Shown here: positions 46,069 through 57,697 of the stretch, piece by piece
Layout: each line of letters begins with the position of its first letter
Numbering within the stretch: position 1 is the stretch's first letter
Position numbers and translations under genes: made by a program
The notes under the pieces: model-generated
What the model was told of the DNA's origin: nothing
The model's input: only the letters and a program-made list of their open reading frames with translations
The model's database searches: none
Source: Acidimicrobiia bacterium
Lineage (GTDB): Bacteria; Actinomycetota; Acidimicrobiia; Spongiisociales; SHLN01
Assembly: GCA_041619515.1 (NCBI GenBank)
Contig: JBFKDW010000006.1
Location: forward strand, 1-63,917
Direction of reading: 5' to 3'
DNA: 63,917 nucleotides

Positions 46069-47382
46069 TTAGCTGTCGGGCCACTCCGCTTGAATGGCTG
46101 CGAACGCCTCCGCAACAGTCTTGTCGCCATTGACGGCGCTGGTGCCTTCATTCCAGAACGGGTTGATGGTCGCTCCGGGCATGGCGTCACCGGCGTCGAA
46201 ACGGGCCGGATCAGCTGCCAGCAGAACTTCAATGAACTCTGCCTCGAGCGGATCCCACAAGTCCGTGTCAACGTCCAGGTTGGCCGACAGGAACCCGGAG
46301 GCTCCGCCGCCCTTGCCGGCACGCTGAGCCTTCTGCCGCTCTTCGGCGTACTCGGTCGAGCCCATGTATTCCATCACAGCCCACACCTCGGGCGCATCCC
46401 GGAAGGCTGCAGCCGAGTTACCAGCCGTCAGCACCGGCTCAGAGCCGTCCGGCGCCGGGAACGTGAAGTAGAACGTGCCGATCTGGCCGTCCTCTCCAAC
46501 GGTCGTGCCCTCTGGGAAGAAGGCCGGGAAGAACGACGCCTGCTTGACCATGGCACAGGTGCCATCGACCAACGCCGGCCCGTTGTCCGCACTGTGGGCG
46601 GTGGCTGCAATCGAACCACCGGCCGCGTACGTGTTACCCGGCGTGTTCCAAATAGAGAGGATCAACTCACCCACGGCAACGACCTTGGGATCGTCGAACT
46701 TGAGCGTGTTGTCGACCCAGTCGTCATAGCCGTCTGGGCCCTCAACTCTGAGCATGAAGTCTTCCATCCAGTCGGTGAATACCCAGCCGGTGGCCGGTCC
46801 CGACTCGATGCCGATGCACCACGGTGTCTGGCCGTCGGCGATCATCTGGTTGCTCAAAGTGACCAGCTCGTCGAGCGTCTCCGGGATGTCATAGCCGCCG
46901 TCGGCGAAGATCTGGTTGTTGTACCAGACGATCGACTTGAGGTCGGTCTTCACCTGAATGGCATACGGATCACCCTCATATGAGTAGGCCTCGAGCGTGC
47001 CGTCCGGCCACTGCGGCCTGACTGCGTCTTCAACATCGGCATCCAGCGGCAACAGGAAGCCCTGAGCCGCGAATTCCTTCACCTTGCCAGGCTGTGGGAA
47101 CATGGCGATGTCCGGCGGGTTGCCGCCGGCGGCCTGCGCATTAATTTGATCCGAGAAGTCACGGGCGCCCGTATGGGTGATCGTCATCCCGGTGCGGGCC
47201 GCAAAGACGTCGAGTGCTGCCTGGATCCCACCGGCCTCGGCCTCGCCGTCCTCTGACGAGAACACGGTGACGGTCTTCCCGGCGAACTCCCCACCACCGT
47301 CGCCTTCACCGTCATCGCCTCCACACGCGGCTGCAATCAGCGCGAATACGGCGATGACGACTAGCCATCGATACTTTTTCAC
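46069..47382 (-). CDS. Sugar ABC transporter substrate-binding lipoprotein (AglE-like)
   Basis: Lipobox AAAC, PPDIAMFPQPG, KSIVWYN, PWCIGIESGPATGW, RFDAGDAMP; RBS AGGAGG. Confidence 0.92.
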   Translation of the reverse strand: MKKYRWLVVIAVFALIAAACGGDDGEGDGGGEFAGKTVTVFSSEDGEAEAGGIQAALDVFAARTGMTITHTGARDFSDQINAQAAGGNPPDIAMFPQPGKVKEFAAQGFLLPLDADVEDAVRPQWPDGTLEAYSYEGDPYAIQVKTDLKSIVWYNNQIFADGGYDIPETLDELVTLSNQMIADGQTPWCIGIESGPATGWVFTDWMEDFMLRVEGPDGYDDWVDNTLKFDDPKVVAVGELILSIWNTPGNTYAAGGSIAATAHSADNGPALVDGTCAMVKQASFFPAFFPEGTTVGEDGQIGTFYFTFPAPDGSEPVLTAGNSAAAFRDAPEVWAVMEYMGSTEYAEERQKAQRAGKGGGASGFLSANLDVDTDLWDPLEAEFIEVLLAADPARFDAGDAMPGATINPFWNEGTSAVNGDKTVAEAFAAIQAEWPDS

Positions 47383-47594
47383 TTACTCCTCCTTATGAAG
47401 AACGCTGCCCCGGCTCCCGGACAAAATGCCCCGCGACGGGCGCAACGCCCAATACCTTAGGCACGCGACCGTGGCTGTTCCACCGCCACCAGCCCCATTG
47501 GCCGGATAAGCACCGATTTCGCGACTCATGCCCGCGACACGGCCTCCCGTCTCGCGTGGCCTGCTTCTCGAAAGAGGGCGGCCACACACGCCAA

Positions 47595-47620
47595 AGAGAG
47601 AGCCCCGTGAGGCTCTCTCT
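47595..47620 (-). terminator. Intrinsic terminator-like hairpin
   Basis: agagagagcc / ggctctctct stem just past the stop at 47637, with a short T tail on the minus strand. Confidence 0.6.
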
Positions 47621-47636
47621 CCGAAGTCGAAACGGG

Positions 47637-47846
47637 CTACTCGCCGGCGGGAGTTTCCTCGTCGTCGCCATCGAACTTGTCTTTGACGGCGTCGGCCACG
47701 TCGCCGGCCTTGTCTTTGACGGCGTCGAAGGCGTCTCCGGCCGCGTCACCGGCCTTTTCGGCAACATCGCCGAGCGTCTCTCCGACGTCGCCGGCGACAT
47801 CCTTAGCCTTGCCGAACCAGCCCTTGACGGTGTCCATGAATCCCAT
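47637..47846 (-). CDS. Small hydrophilic helical-repeat protein (CsbD/LEA/Rv0909-like)
   Basis: MGFMDTVKGWFGKAKD..., ~11-aa DAVKDKAGD repeats; RBS AGGAGA. Confidence 0.75.
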   Translation of the reverse strand: MGFMDTVKGWFGKAKDVAGDVGETLGDVAEKAGDAAGDAFDAVKDKAGDVADAVKDKFDGDDEETPAGE

Positions 47847-48048
47847 GTGGTCTCTCCTATCGGTGGTACAGCAGCCAGTTTGCCATTTCTGAGCCGCCGG
47901 CGAAACTCGACCGCCTCCTCAGACCCGCGAAGTCGGTGCATCCGGGCGACGTGTGCGCCGTCCCGGGACGCCGGCGCCCGGTATGGGGCGACCGCAACCC
48001 GCGCTCGGGCGGCGTCCACGGGAACGGCCCTGACTAGCATCGCTGCAC

Positions 48049-48594
48049 ATGGGAGCACCGACTGTGACTGTGTTCGGATCGTCGACCGGCAAACCGGGCG
48101 ACGATGACTACGAGGAAGCCGTTCGACTTGGGCAGTTGCTGGCCGAAGCTGGATATGCCGTGGCCACCGGTGGGTATGACGGATCGATGGAAGCCGTGTC
48201 GGCCGGGGCCGACGCGGCAGGAGGGATGGTGACGGGAGTGACCGCCCCCGAGGTCTTCCCACACCGCGAGGTCGCCAACCGGTTCGTTCAGGAGCACATC
48301 CGGGCAGCCAGTCTCACCGAGCGGATTCACGAGCTGGTCGACCTCTCCGATGCCTGCGTCGCCCTTCCCGGCAGCATCGGCACCTTCACCGAGTTGATGG
48401 TGGCGTGGAACCTCGCCTTTGTCGCCCGATTCTCAGATTCGCCGCCCAACCCGGTCGTTGCGGTCGGGCCGCTCTGGCAGGAATTGGTCGACCATCTCGG
48501 TGAGCTTCTCGGCACCGATGTTTCCCTCGTGACGTGTGTCGACACCGTGGACGAAGCCGTGGAGCTGATCCGCCGGCGCGTACCCGTGTCCTAG
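48049..48594 (+). CDS. LOG family nucleotide phosphoribohydrolase
   Basis: TVFGSS, TGGYDGSMEAVS, LPGSIGTFTEL. Confidence 0.9.
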   Translation: MGAPTVTVFGSSTGKPGDDDYEEAVRLGQLLAEAGYAVATGGYDGSMEAVSAGADAAGGMVTGVTAPEVFPHREVANRFVQEHIRAASLTERIHELVDLSDACVALPGSIGTFTELMVAWNLAFVARFSDSPPNPVVAVGPLWQELVDHLGELLGTDVSLVTCVDTVDEAVELIRRRVPVS

Positions 48595-48601
48595 GGGGGA
48601 G

Positions 48602-50971
48602 ATGAGCGAAGGCTTCCTGCTCGGACACGTCATCGATCCCGCCGGCGGCGATCGCACCGGGGCCGACGTCGACTACGACCCTTCCGACCTCACCACCCAC
48701 GGCGTCATCGTGGGCATGACCGGGTCGGGCAAGACCGGCCTGGGCGTGATCCTCTTGGAGGAGGCGCTGCTCGGCGGCCTCCCGGTCCTGGTCATAGACC
48801 CCAAGGGCGACATGGGGAATCTCGAGCTGCTCTTCCCCGAGTTCGCCCCCTCCGATTTCGAACCGTGGGTGAGCCCGGATGAGGCACGCCAGGCGGACAT
48901 CACGACCGGGGAGCTGGCGGAGAAGACGGCCGAGCTGTGGAAGAAGGGCATTTCCGGGTGGGATCCCGGGCTGGAGAAGATCGCCCGCCTCGAGCGCGAG
49001 GTGGACGTCACCATCTACACGCCGGGCTCCAGTGCAGGCGTTCCGGTCAACGTCGTCGGGTCACTGGCGGCCCCCGACATCGATTGGGGTGTGGATGCCG
49101 AAGCCGGCCGCGACGAGATCGAGGGTTTCGTGTCCAGCCTGCTGAAGCTGGCCGACATCGACGCCGATCCGCTGTCGTCTCCCGAGCACATCCTGCTTGC
49201 CAACCTCCTGGAGCATTCCTGGAGCCAGGGCCGCGACCTCGACATGGCCTCGCTCATCAGCCAGGTCCAGGAGCCCCCGATGCGCAAGCTGGGCGTGTTC
49301 GAGGTCGACACCTTCTTCCCGCCCAAGGACCGCACGGCCCTGGCGATGCGGCTCAACGGGCTGGTGGCTTCGCCGTCGTTCGCGGCCTGGGCCGAAGGAG
49401 CTCCCCTCGACATTCAATCGATGCTGTATACGCCGGCCGGCGAGCCAAGGGCGGCCATCCTGTACCTTGCCCACCTGTCAGACGAGGAGCGCCAATTCAT
49501 CGTCACGATGGTCCTGTCCAAGGTCGTGACGTGGATGCGCCGCCTGTCGGGTGCCACCGATCTTCGGGCCGTTGTGTACATGGACGAGGTGTTCGGGTAC
49601 GCACCGCCGACGGCCAACCCGCCGGCCAAGAAGCCGATCCTCACCATGCTGAAACAGGCACGTGCCTTCGGTGTTGGGCTGGTGCTCTCCACACAGAACC
49701 CCGTCGATCTGGACTACAAAGCGATGTCGAACACCGGCACCTGGATGATTGGACGGCTCCAGACCGAACGGGACAAGGCCCGGATTCTCGAGGCTCTCGA
49801 ATCCGCCCGGGGCGACACCGACATGCAGGAAATCGACAAGATGATCAGCGGCCTCGGCAAGCGTCAGTTCCTCCTTCACAACACCCACGAAACACAGCCC
49901 AGTGTGTTCGCAACCCGGTGGGCCATGTCCTACCTGCGGGGTCCTCTGACCCGGGAGGAAGTGAGCCGGTTGACGAGCGATGCGCCCGAGCGCCGGTCCC
50001 AAGAGCCGCCGGCGCCGGCCGCAGAAGCGGCTCCCGCCGCCACACCCGCCGACGACGAGACTCCGGTAGCCCCCGAGGTGGCGTCCCGCATTCCCGTCCT
50101 GTACCTGGACCCGGCGGCGCCCTGGGCGTCGCTGGTCGGCGCCAACCCGACCGGCACCAGGCTCGAGCCGATGATTGCCGCCAGGGTCGACCTCGTGTAC
50201 GACGAGACCAAAGCCGACCTGAAGCACAGCCAAACATGGGAGGCAATCTTCCACCCCCTCGGTGCGCGGTTCGAGCCCGAAGAGGCTGTGGTCGTGGACT
50301 ACGACGATCGCGATTTCCGCTCTGAGGCTCCAGACGGCGCCAACTACACGATCGTGGATGCCCCCATCGACAAGTCCACCTTTTGGACGTCGGTCAAGAC
50401 CGACCTGAAAGACCACCTGTATCGAAACGCCACCGTCGAGGTGTTCCGCAACGCCGAGCTCAAGTTGTACTCCCGGGTGGGCGAGACCGAGGCCGAGTTC
50501 CAGGCCCGGTGCGACCGGGCAGCAGAGGAGGCGGCGGACGCCGAGATAGCCAAGCTGCGCGACCGGCTCGACACCAAGCTCGACCGGGCCCGCGAGCAAC
50601 TGGCCGCCGCCACCCGGCGCATGCAGGAACTGGAGATCGACGCCGGCACTCGCAAGCGCGACGAGTGGATGTCGGGGGCCGGCGAGGTATTGGGAGTGCT
50701 GCTGGGGGGTCGGAGAACCCGTTCACTGTCCGGGGCTTCTCGCCGCCGCAGCCAGACACAGCGCACTGAGCAACGGCTGCGGACCGCCGAGGCCAAAGTG
50801 CAGGACAAAGCCGAGGAGATCGCCGACCTCGAACAAGATCTGATCCTCGAAGTCGAGGAGATCGACGACACATGGGAGGATGTCGCAGGCGCCATCGATA
50901 CCATCGAAGTGGGGCTCGAGAAGACCGACATCTCCGTCGACGAGGTCGCACTCGTCTGGGTTCGCACCTGA
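48602..50971 (+). CDS. HerA-like (DUF87) P-loop ATPase with C-terminal coiled coil
   Basis: GMTGSGKT, IDPKGD, YMDEVFG, LKQARAFGVG, TQNPVDLDYK. Confidence 0.88.
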   Translation: MSEGFLLGHVIDPAGGDRTGADVDYDPSDLTTHGVIVGMTGSGKTGLGVILLEEALLGGLPVLVIDPKGDMGNLELLFPEFAPSDFEPWVSPDEARQADITTGELAEKTAELWKKGISGWDPGLEKIARLEREVDVTIYTPGSSAGVPVNVVGSLAAPDIDWGVDAEAGRDEIEGFVSSLLKLADIDADPLSSPEHILLANLLEHSWSQGRDLDMASLISQVQEPPMRKLGVFEVDTFFPPKDRTALAMRLNGLVASPSFAAWAEGAPLDIQSMLYTPAGEPRAAILYLAHLSDEERQFIVTMVLSKVVTWMRRLSGATDLRAVVYMDEVFGYAPPTANPPAKKPILTMLKQARAFGVGLVLSTQNPVDLDYKAMSNTGTWMIGRLQTERDKARILEALESARGDTDMQEIDKMISGLGKRQFLLHNTHETQPSVFATRWAMSYLRGPLTREEVSRLTSDAPERRSQEPPAPAAEAAPAATPADDETPVAPEVASRIPVLYLDPAAPWASLVGANPTGTRLEPMIAARVDLVYDETKADLKHSQTWEAIFHPLGARFEPEEAVVVDYDDRDFRSEAPDGANYTIVDAPIDKSTFWTSVKTDLKDHLYRNATVEVFRNAELKLYSRVGETEAEFQARCDRAAEEAADAEIAKLRDRLDTKLDRAREQLAAATRRMQELEIDAGTRKRDEWMSGAGEVLGVLLGGRRTRSLSGASRRRSQTQRTEQRLRTAEAKVQDKAEEIADLEQDLILEVEEIDDTWEDVAGAIDTIEVGLEKTDISVDEVALVWVRT

Positions 50972-50981
50972 GCAGGGCGCC

Positions 50982-51284
50982 TCAGCCTTCCGCTTCCATC
51001 CTGTCCAGCCAGTCCTCCACCAGCACGGTGACCAGCCGGGCTCGCTCGAACTGCACGACATGCCCCCCTCCATCGAGAACGGCGACGGTGCCTCTCATGG
51101 ACTCGACGTCCTTGGCGAGGAGGGTGCGATAGCCGACCATGGTGTCGTGCCGGCCGCCGATGAGCAGTGACGGGCCGCTGAACGGCGCCCGGAGCGGCAC
51201 TCCCTCTTCCGCCAGGCGGTATCCCCTCGCCTGGAACTCATCCAGAAACTCGTAATCGGCGGTGCGCACTCCCATACCCGGCAC
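50982..51284 (-). pseudogene. C-terminal remnant of an alpha/beta hydrolase
   Basis: LLIGGRHD...VLDGGGH (acid and His region) without the N-terminal GxSxG half; begins just after the ltaE stop. Confidence 0.55.
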
Positions 51285-51290
51285 CTGGAG

Positions 51291-52319
51291 CTAGCCGGCC
51301 ACGTCGGCCAGCACTTTGAGAGCGGCGTCGATGTCGGCTGGGTCGATGCCGAGGTGGGTTACGGCACGGATGCGATTGATGCCCATGGGGAGCATGAGCA
51401 CGCCCCGCTCGGTCAGCCGCTCACACACCACATCGGCGTCGTCCATGAGGAAGAACACGATGTTGGTATCGACCTCGCCCGGGTCGATCGTCACCCCCGG
51501 TATCTCCGCCAGCCCGACGGCGAGCCGAGCGGCGGTTTGGTGGTCTTCGGCCAGCCGCTCCCGATGATGCTCGACGGCATACAGCGCCCCGGCCGCCATC
51601 ATGCCGGCCTGGCGGAAGCCGCCGCCGAACATCTGCTTGAAGCGGCGCGCCCTATGGATTAGATCGCGCCGGCCCGCCAGCGCCGATCCCATCGGTGCCC
51701 CCAGCCCCTTCGAGAAGCAGACCGACACCGTGTCGAATCCGGAGGCGAACGTCTCCTCCGGGACTCCGCTCGCCACCGAGGCGTTCCACAGCCGGGCTCC
51801 GTCGAGGTGGGTGGCGAGGCCAAGCTCGTGAGCCGTGGAGGCAACGGCGTTGAGCAATCCGAGCGGCCACACCGTCCCGCCCGCGTCGTTGTGAGTGTTC
51901 TCGGCTGCGACCAGCGTCGTCGGCTCGAACAGTGAGGACGGCATGGAGGGAGGCGGAATCGGGATGGCCGACCGGATGTCTTCGGGGGTGAACGTCCCCC
52001 GACGGGACGCGACCTCGTTGATGCGGATTCCCGAGAGCACCGCTGGGGCTCCCAGCTCGTGGCCGTTGATGTGGGCGCCCCGGGCGGCAATGACAACGTC
52101 GCCCGGGTCGGTGTGCACCCGCAGCGCAGTCTGATTGGACATCGTGCCGGTCGGGACGTACATCGCGTCTTCTTTGCCGAGCACTCCCGCCACGTGCTCT
52201 TCGAGGGCAAGCACTACCGGGTCGTCGTGATAGACGTCATCGCCGACTTCGGCCTCGGCTATCACCCGGCGCATGGCCTCGGTGGGTGTGGTGACGGTGT
52301 CGGACCGCAGGTCGATCAT
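51291..52319 (-). CDS. ltaE: Low-specificity L-threonine aldolase
   Basis: IDLRSDTVT, TGTMSN, HLDGARLWNA, CFSKGLGAPMGS, GGGFRQAG. Confidence 0.95.
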   Translation of the reverse strand: MIDLRSDTVTTPTEAMRRVIAEAEVGDDVYHDDPVVLALEEHVAGVLGKEDAMYVPTGTMSNQTALRVHTDPGDVVIAARGAHINGHELGAPAVLSGIRINEVASRRGTFTPEDIRSAIPIPPPSMPSSLFEPTTLVAAENTHNDAGGTVWPLGLLNAVASTAHELGLATHLDGARLWNASVASGVPEETFASGFDTVSVCFSKGLGAPMGSALAGRRDLIHRARRFKQMFGGGFRQAGMMAAGALYAVEHHRERLAEDHQTAARLAVGLAEIPGVTIDPGEVDTNIVFFLMDDADVVCERLTERGVLMLPMGINRIRAVTHLGIDPADIDAALKVLADVAG

Positions 52320-52349
52320 GGCGGGAGTGTAGAACGGACGGGTGGGCGC

Positions 52350-52850
52350 CTACCGGTCGCCCGAAAGCAGTTCCCGGTAGATGGCCACCGTCTCGTCGTC
52401 GAACCCTACGAGCGTGGCAACCTCGATCTCGGTGTCGGCCGTCCGCAGCACCTCGAGCGCCACCTCGGCGGCTGCCTGCTTCGGATACCCGTAGGCGCCG
52501 GTTGAGATGGCCGGAAACGCGATGGTTCGCACCCCCAGCCCGGATGCCACCTCGAGGGCTCTCTGGTAGCACGCCGCCAGCAGGCCGGGCTCCCCTTCGC
52601 GGCCGCCTCGCCAGACGGGGCCCACCGCGTGAATCACCCATCTCGCCGGGAGATCGAATCCGGGGGTAGCTTTGGCGTCGCCGACCTCACAGCCATCCAG
52701 TTGTCGGCAGGCTTCGAGCAGTCCGGGCCCCGCTGCCCGATGGATGGCTCCGTCCACGCCTCCACCGCCCAACAGCGTCGTATTGGCCGCATTGACGATG
52801 GCATCGACCTCCATCGCGGTGATGTCGCCGAGAACGGCCCGGCAGCGCAC
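52350..52850 (-). CDS. Macrodomain O-acetyl-ADP-ribose deacetylase (YmdB-like)
   Basis: [37 protein letters not shown]. Confidence 0.93.
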   Translation of the reverse strand: MRCRAVLGDITAMEVDAIVNAANTTLLGGGGVDGAIHRAAGPGLLEACRQLDGCEVGDAKATPGFDLPARWVIHAVGPVWRGGREGEPGLLAACYQRALEVASGLGVRTIAFPAISTGAYGYPKQAAAEVALEVLRTADTEIEVATLVGFDDETVAIYRELLSGDR

Positions 52851-52860
52851 CCGGCGCCTC

Positions 52861-53238
52861 CTACTCGGTACCCTCGACCATCGCCCACAGCAGGTCGCGA
52901 ATGCTGGCGATGCCGAGCAACTCGCCGTCGCGCATGACGGGAAGATGCCGGTAGCCGGTTTCGATCAGCCAGGATGCCGCTTCTTCGACGTCGACGTCGG
53001 GGGCAAAGGTGTCCGGAGCGGGGGTCATGAAATCGGAGGCCAACGCTGCGTCGAGCTCGACCGTTTCCGCCACCCCCCGCAAAATGTCGCGTTCGGTGAG
53101 GATCCCGACCAGGGCGTGCCCGTCGACGACGCCGACACTGCCGACACCGGTCTTGACCATGGCCTGCGCCACCTCGCGCAGCGTCGCTTCCGGCCCTACC
53201 ACCTCGGCGCCGCCGCCTACGAGAGTTTCGAGATTCAC
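52861..53238 (-). CDS. CBS-pair protein
   Basis: [23 protein letters not shown]; start set at GTG after GGAAGGGG. Confidence 0.9.
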   Translation of the reverse strand: MNLETLVGGGAEVVGPEATLREVAQAMVKTGVGSVGVVDGHALVGILTERDILRGVAETVELDAALASDFMTPAPDTFAPDVDVEEAASWLIETGYRHLPVMRDGELLGIASIRDLLWAMVEGTE

Positions 53239-53328
53239 GTGTCCCCTTCCCGTTGCATCCAGGCTACTCACCGGCGTGCCGGTGGGTATGCCACACCCAA
53301 GGCCGTTGAAGCGAAACCCGCCTCCCGG

Positions 53329-54297
<969 letters not shown>

Positions 54298-54573
54298 AGA
54301 TGGCGTTCCTCCTCAGTGGTGCTCCCGGGGATCACATACATGCGCCCCGGCGAATCAATATGACATAGATTCGGTGTCTTGAGAACCCCCCAAATCAGGG
54401 AATGTTGATCACTTCCAAGGCGGGGGCCGAGCCTTCCTCACGGCCGCCGGAGGCCTCTCTCCCTCAGTGTGGGCTATTTTCCGGGTTCCCGCATCCCGGT
54501 ACGACAGCCGCAGACACCCGTCGCGGGGCCGGCCGGGGACGTGAGCGTCACGCACCCGCGCTACGTTGCTGAG

Positions 54574-56586
54574 ATGCCGAACCGCCTTGCCGACGCCACC
54601 AGCCCCTACCTCCTTCAGCACAAGGACAATCCGGTGGACTGGTATCCGTGGGGCGAGGAGGCGTTTCAAGCCGCCCGGGATCTCGATCGTCCGATCCTGC
54701 TTTCGGTCGGGTACTCGGCCTGTCACTGGTGCCACGTCATGGCGCATGAGTCCTTCGAGGACCCCGACACCGCCGAGATCATGAACGAGTCGTTCGTCAA
54801 CGTGAAGGTCGACCGGGAGGAACGGCCCGACGTCGACGGCATCTACATGACTGCCGTCCAGGCCATGAACGGCCATGGCGGGTGGCCGATGACCGTCTTC
54901 ATCACCGGCGCCGGGAAGCCGTTCTTCGCCGGCACCTATTTCCCCCGCGAGCCTCGCGGTGACATGCCCTCATTTCGGCAGGTGATGGGCGCAGTGTCTG
55001 AGGCGTGGCGGGAGCGACGACAGGACATCGAATCCCAGTCGGATCAGCTCGTCGAGGCGGTCTCCAGGCGAATCGGGCCGGGAGAGCAAGCGATCACTGC
55101 CGCCCAGCTTCAGGCTGCCCACGACCGGCTGGTGGCGGGCGCCGATCATGAGTTCGGCGGGTTCGGCGGGGCCCCCAAATTCCCTCAGGTCCCGAGCCTC
55201 GAGTTTCTCCTGCGGGCCCGTCGCCAGCCGTGGGCGGGCCAGACGGACGAGATCCTTCGCCTCACGCTCGACCGCATGGCCGATGGCGGCATCTACGACC
55301 ACCTCGGCGGAGGGTTTGCCCGCTATGCAACGGATCGCACCTGGCTGGTGCCGCACTTTGAGAAGATGCTGTACGACAATGCGCTCCTCGCCCGCCTCTA
55401 CTTGTGGGCCGGCCAGGAGCTGGGGGAGCCGCGCTATCTGCGGGTCGCCGGCGAGACGCTCGACTACATGCTGCGCGATCTCGGCTTGCCCGGTGGAGGC
55501 TTCGCGTCGGCGGAGGATGCCGACAGTGAAGGCGTCGAGGGCAAGTTCTACGTGTTCGGCTACGACGAGTTCGCCGAGCTGGTCGGGCCGGACGCCGCAA
55601 TCGCCGCCGAGGTGCTGGGAGTGACTCCCGGCGGTAACTTCGACGGGGCCAACATCCTGCACGCTGCTCGCAGCGTTGCCCAGGTGGCCGACGGCGCCGG
55701 CGTCGGCCGCGAATGGCTGTCATCGGTGGTCGCCGATGCCAAAACGCGCCTGCTGGAGGCCAGGTCACGGCGGGAACGGCCGGGCCTCGACGACAAGGTC
55801 ATCACGGCGTGGAACGGTCTCGCCCTGCGGGCGCTGGCGGACGCAGGGGCCGTCCTCGGGGAGGAGCGGTACCTGGAAGCGGGTCGCGCCAACGCCAGAT
55901 TCGTCCTCGCCCACCTCCGCCGCGACGACGGACGGCTGCTCCGCTCCTATCGGCAGGGCGAGGCCCGCGTGCCCGCCTTTCTGGACGATTACGCCGGCTA
56001 CGCCGTCGGCTTGCTGGCGCTCTATCAGGCGACCGGCGAGGAAGAATGGTTCGAAGCCGGCCTCGGCCTGGTGACGGACATGCTCGAGCTGTTCTGGGAC
56101 GGGAACGAGATCTTCTCGACCGCACACGACGCAGACGAGCTGATCACCCGCCCCCAGGACCTCATGGACAACCCGGCCCCCTCCGGCAACTCGCTGGCCG
56201 CCGAGGCGCTGTTGACGGCTGCGCTGCTGACGGGAGATCCGGGCCTGTTCGACCGGAGCGAATCGGCGCTGCGGGCGGGAGCATTGCTCGCCGATCAGTA
56301 CCCCTCGGCGATCGGACACCTGCTGGCGGTCGCTCACTCGTGGCTCGCTCCCCCAGTTGAGGTGGCCATCGTCGGCGCCGATGTCGGAGGGCTGCTGCAC
56401 GCGTTCTGGGAGGAGTACCGGCCCTACGCGGTGCTTGCCCGCTCGACCGGCGCAGCTGCCTCCGCGATCCCGTTGCTCGAGGGACGCACGCCACATGCCG
56501 GCCCGGCCGCTGCCTACGTATGCCGGCGTTTCGTCTGCTCCGCACCAACCGAGGATCCCGAGGTCCTGCGCAAGCAGCTCCGCTAG
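54574..56586 (+). CDS. Thioredoxin-domain YyaL/SSP411 (DUF255) protein
   Basis: [50 protein letters not shown]. Confidence 0.93.
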   Translation: MPNRLADATSPYLLQHKDNPVDWYPWGEEAFQAARDLDRPILLSVGYSACHWCHVMAHESFEDPDTAEIMNESFVNVKVDREERPDVDGIYMTAVQAMNGHGGWPMTVFITGAGKPFFAGTYFPREPRGDMPSFRQVMGAVSEAWRERRQDIESQSDQLVEAVSRRIGPGEQAITAAQLQAAHDRLVAGADHEFGGFGGAPKFPQVPSLEFLLRARRQPWAGQTDEILRLTLDRMADGGIYDHLGGGFARYATDRTWLVPHFEKMLYDNALLARLYLWAGQELGEPRYLRVAGETLDYMLRDLGLPGGGFASAEDADSEGVEGKFYVFGYDEFAELVGPDAAIAAEVLGVTPGGNFDGANILHAARSVAQVADGAGVGREWLSSVVADAKTRLLEARSRRERPGLDDKVITAWNGLALRALADAGAVLGEERYLEAGRANARFVLAHLRRDDGRLLRSYRQGEARVPAFLDDYAGYAVGLLALYQATGEEEWFEAGLGLVTDMLELFWDGNEIFSTAHDADELITRPQDLMDNPAPSGNSLAAEALLTAALLTGDPGLFDRSESALRAGALLADQYPSAIGHLLAVAHSWLAPPVEVAIVGADVGGLLHAFWEEYRPYAVLARSTGAAASAIPLLEGRTPHAGPAAAYVCRRFVCSAPTEDPEVLRKQLR

Positions 56587-56678
56587 GGCCCGCGGCCGGC
56601 GGATCGGTGCCCACCGGCTCCCGTCGGCGAGAAACACCCCCGCAGGTCGCGAAACCTCGATAACATCCCGGGACACCC

Positions 56679-57686
56679 ATGAGCGGCCGATGTCCCATTT
56701 GTGCGGGCGCGCTCAGCGCCGATTCCCGATCCTGCCCGTCCTGCGGGCATGAGTTGACCGAACGCGCCCCAACCGGCGCCTACGTGTCGCGGTACGAGGA
56801 GGCCGATCTGAGCACGGACAGCTTGCTGGCCGCTCCCGCCGTGTACCGCAAGTTGCTCGAGAGCGAGCCGACGAACCCGCTGTGGTCGGATGCCGAGACC
56901 GACGATCCTCTCGCCCTCCCGTTGCCCGTGCGGGACCGGCCGCGTGAATTCTGGCCGACGGCGATCGTCGCAGGCGTCATAGCCCTCATCGCAGTCTTCG
57001 GGCTCACCCGCCTGTTTGGGTCGGCCGACGAACCGGTCGAGGTGCTCGGGATCACTGCGGCCAACACCACCGTGGCCACCACCACCGCCACGACCGCCCC
57101 CGCCACCACGACGACACCGGCGCCGACTACCACGGTGGCAACGACCACCACGCTGCCGCCCCTCACGATCATTCCCGTCGGCCGGCCGATTCCCCTCAGT
57201 GAGCTGCGGCTCGGCGCCTTCGGAATCGAGCCGTTCACGTTCGGCGATGATTTCAACACGGTTCTCGGCCGCCTCGGGGCCAGCCTCGACGAGGCGTCGG
57301 AAGTCGGCCGTCCCGGGATCTCGGCCGGCCAGTTCGGGACCTGTGAAGGAGACGTGATCCAGACGGCGCGCTGGGGCAGGCTGCTCGTCATCGGAGTGGA
57401 GAACGACGCCGGGGTCATGAGCTTCGCCGGATATCGGGTCGACAGCACCTACGACAGCCTTCGGTATCCGACGGTTCGCACCATCAGCCGTGTCGGCGTC
57501 GGCGACAGCATTCGCGACCTCGAATCCGCCTACAGCCGGGTCTCCTATCTCAACGACGAAAGTGTCGGGCTGGTGTTTCAAGTCCGGTCGGGTGACGGGT
57601 CGCTGCTCATCTGGGGCCCGGTGACCTCGAGCGATCCCACCGGCGAGATCATCGGCATCTATTCACCCGATAGCTGCACCGCCTGA
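56679..57686 (+). CDS. Bitopic membrane protein: N-terminal zinc ribbon, TM helix, Thr-rich linker, extracellular domain
   Basis: CPICG...CPSCG, hydrophobic helix, T/A/P run. Confidence 0.75.
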   Translation: MSGRCPICAGALSADSRSCPSCGHELTERAPTGAYVSRYEEADLSTDSLLAAPAVYRKLLESEPTNPLWSDAETDDPLALPLPVRDRPREFWPTAIVAGVIALIAVFGLTRLFGSADEPVEVLGITAANTTVATTTATTAPATTTTPAPTTTVATTTTLPPLTIIPVGRPIPLSELRLGAFGIEPFTFGDDFNTVLGRLGASLDEASEVGRPGISAGQFGTCEGDVIQTARWGRLLVIGVENDAGVMSFAGYRVDSTYDSLRYPTVRTISRVGVGDSIRDLESAYSRVSYLNDESVGLVFQVRSGDGSLLIWGPVTSSDPTGEIIGIYSPDSCTA

Positions 57687-57697
57687 CCGTCTCCCGG

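Noticed and set aside
48049..52850. LOG + HerA-like ATPase + macrodomain as an anti-phage system
   Set aside because: No nuclease, SIR2 or TIR partner. The genes are on different strands among housekeeping genes and resemble ordinary widespread families.
54540..54552. cgtgagcgtcacg palindrome as a CRP site
   Set aside because: The spacer is 3 nt rather than the 6 nt of GTGA-N6-TCAC; a single short palindrome is not significant.
57060..57155. acc/acg-rich low-complexity tract
   Set aside because: Encodes an ordinary Thr/Ala/Pro linker, as also seen in the 3035-3556 lipoprotein and the LCP protein.
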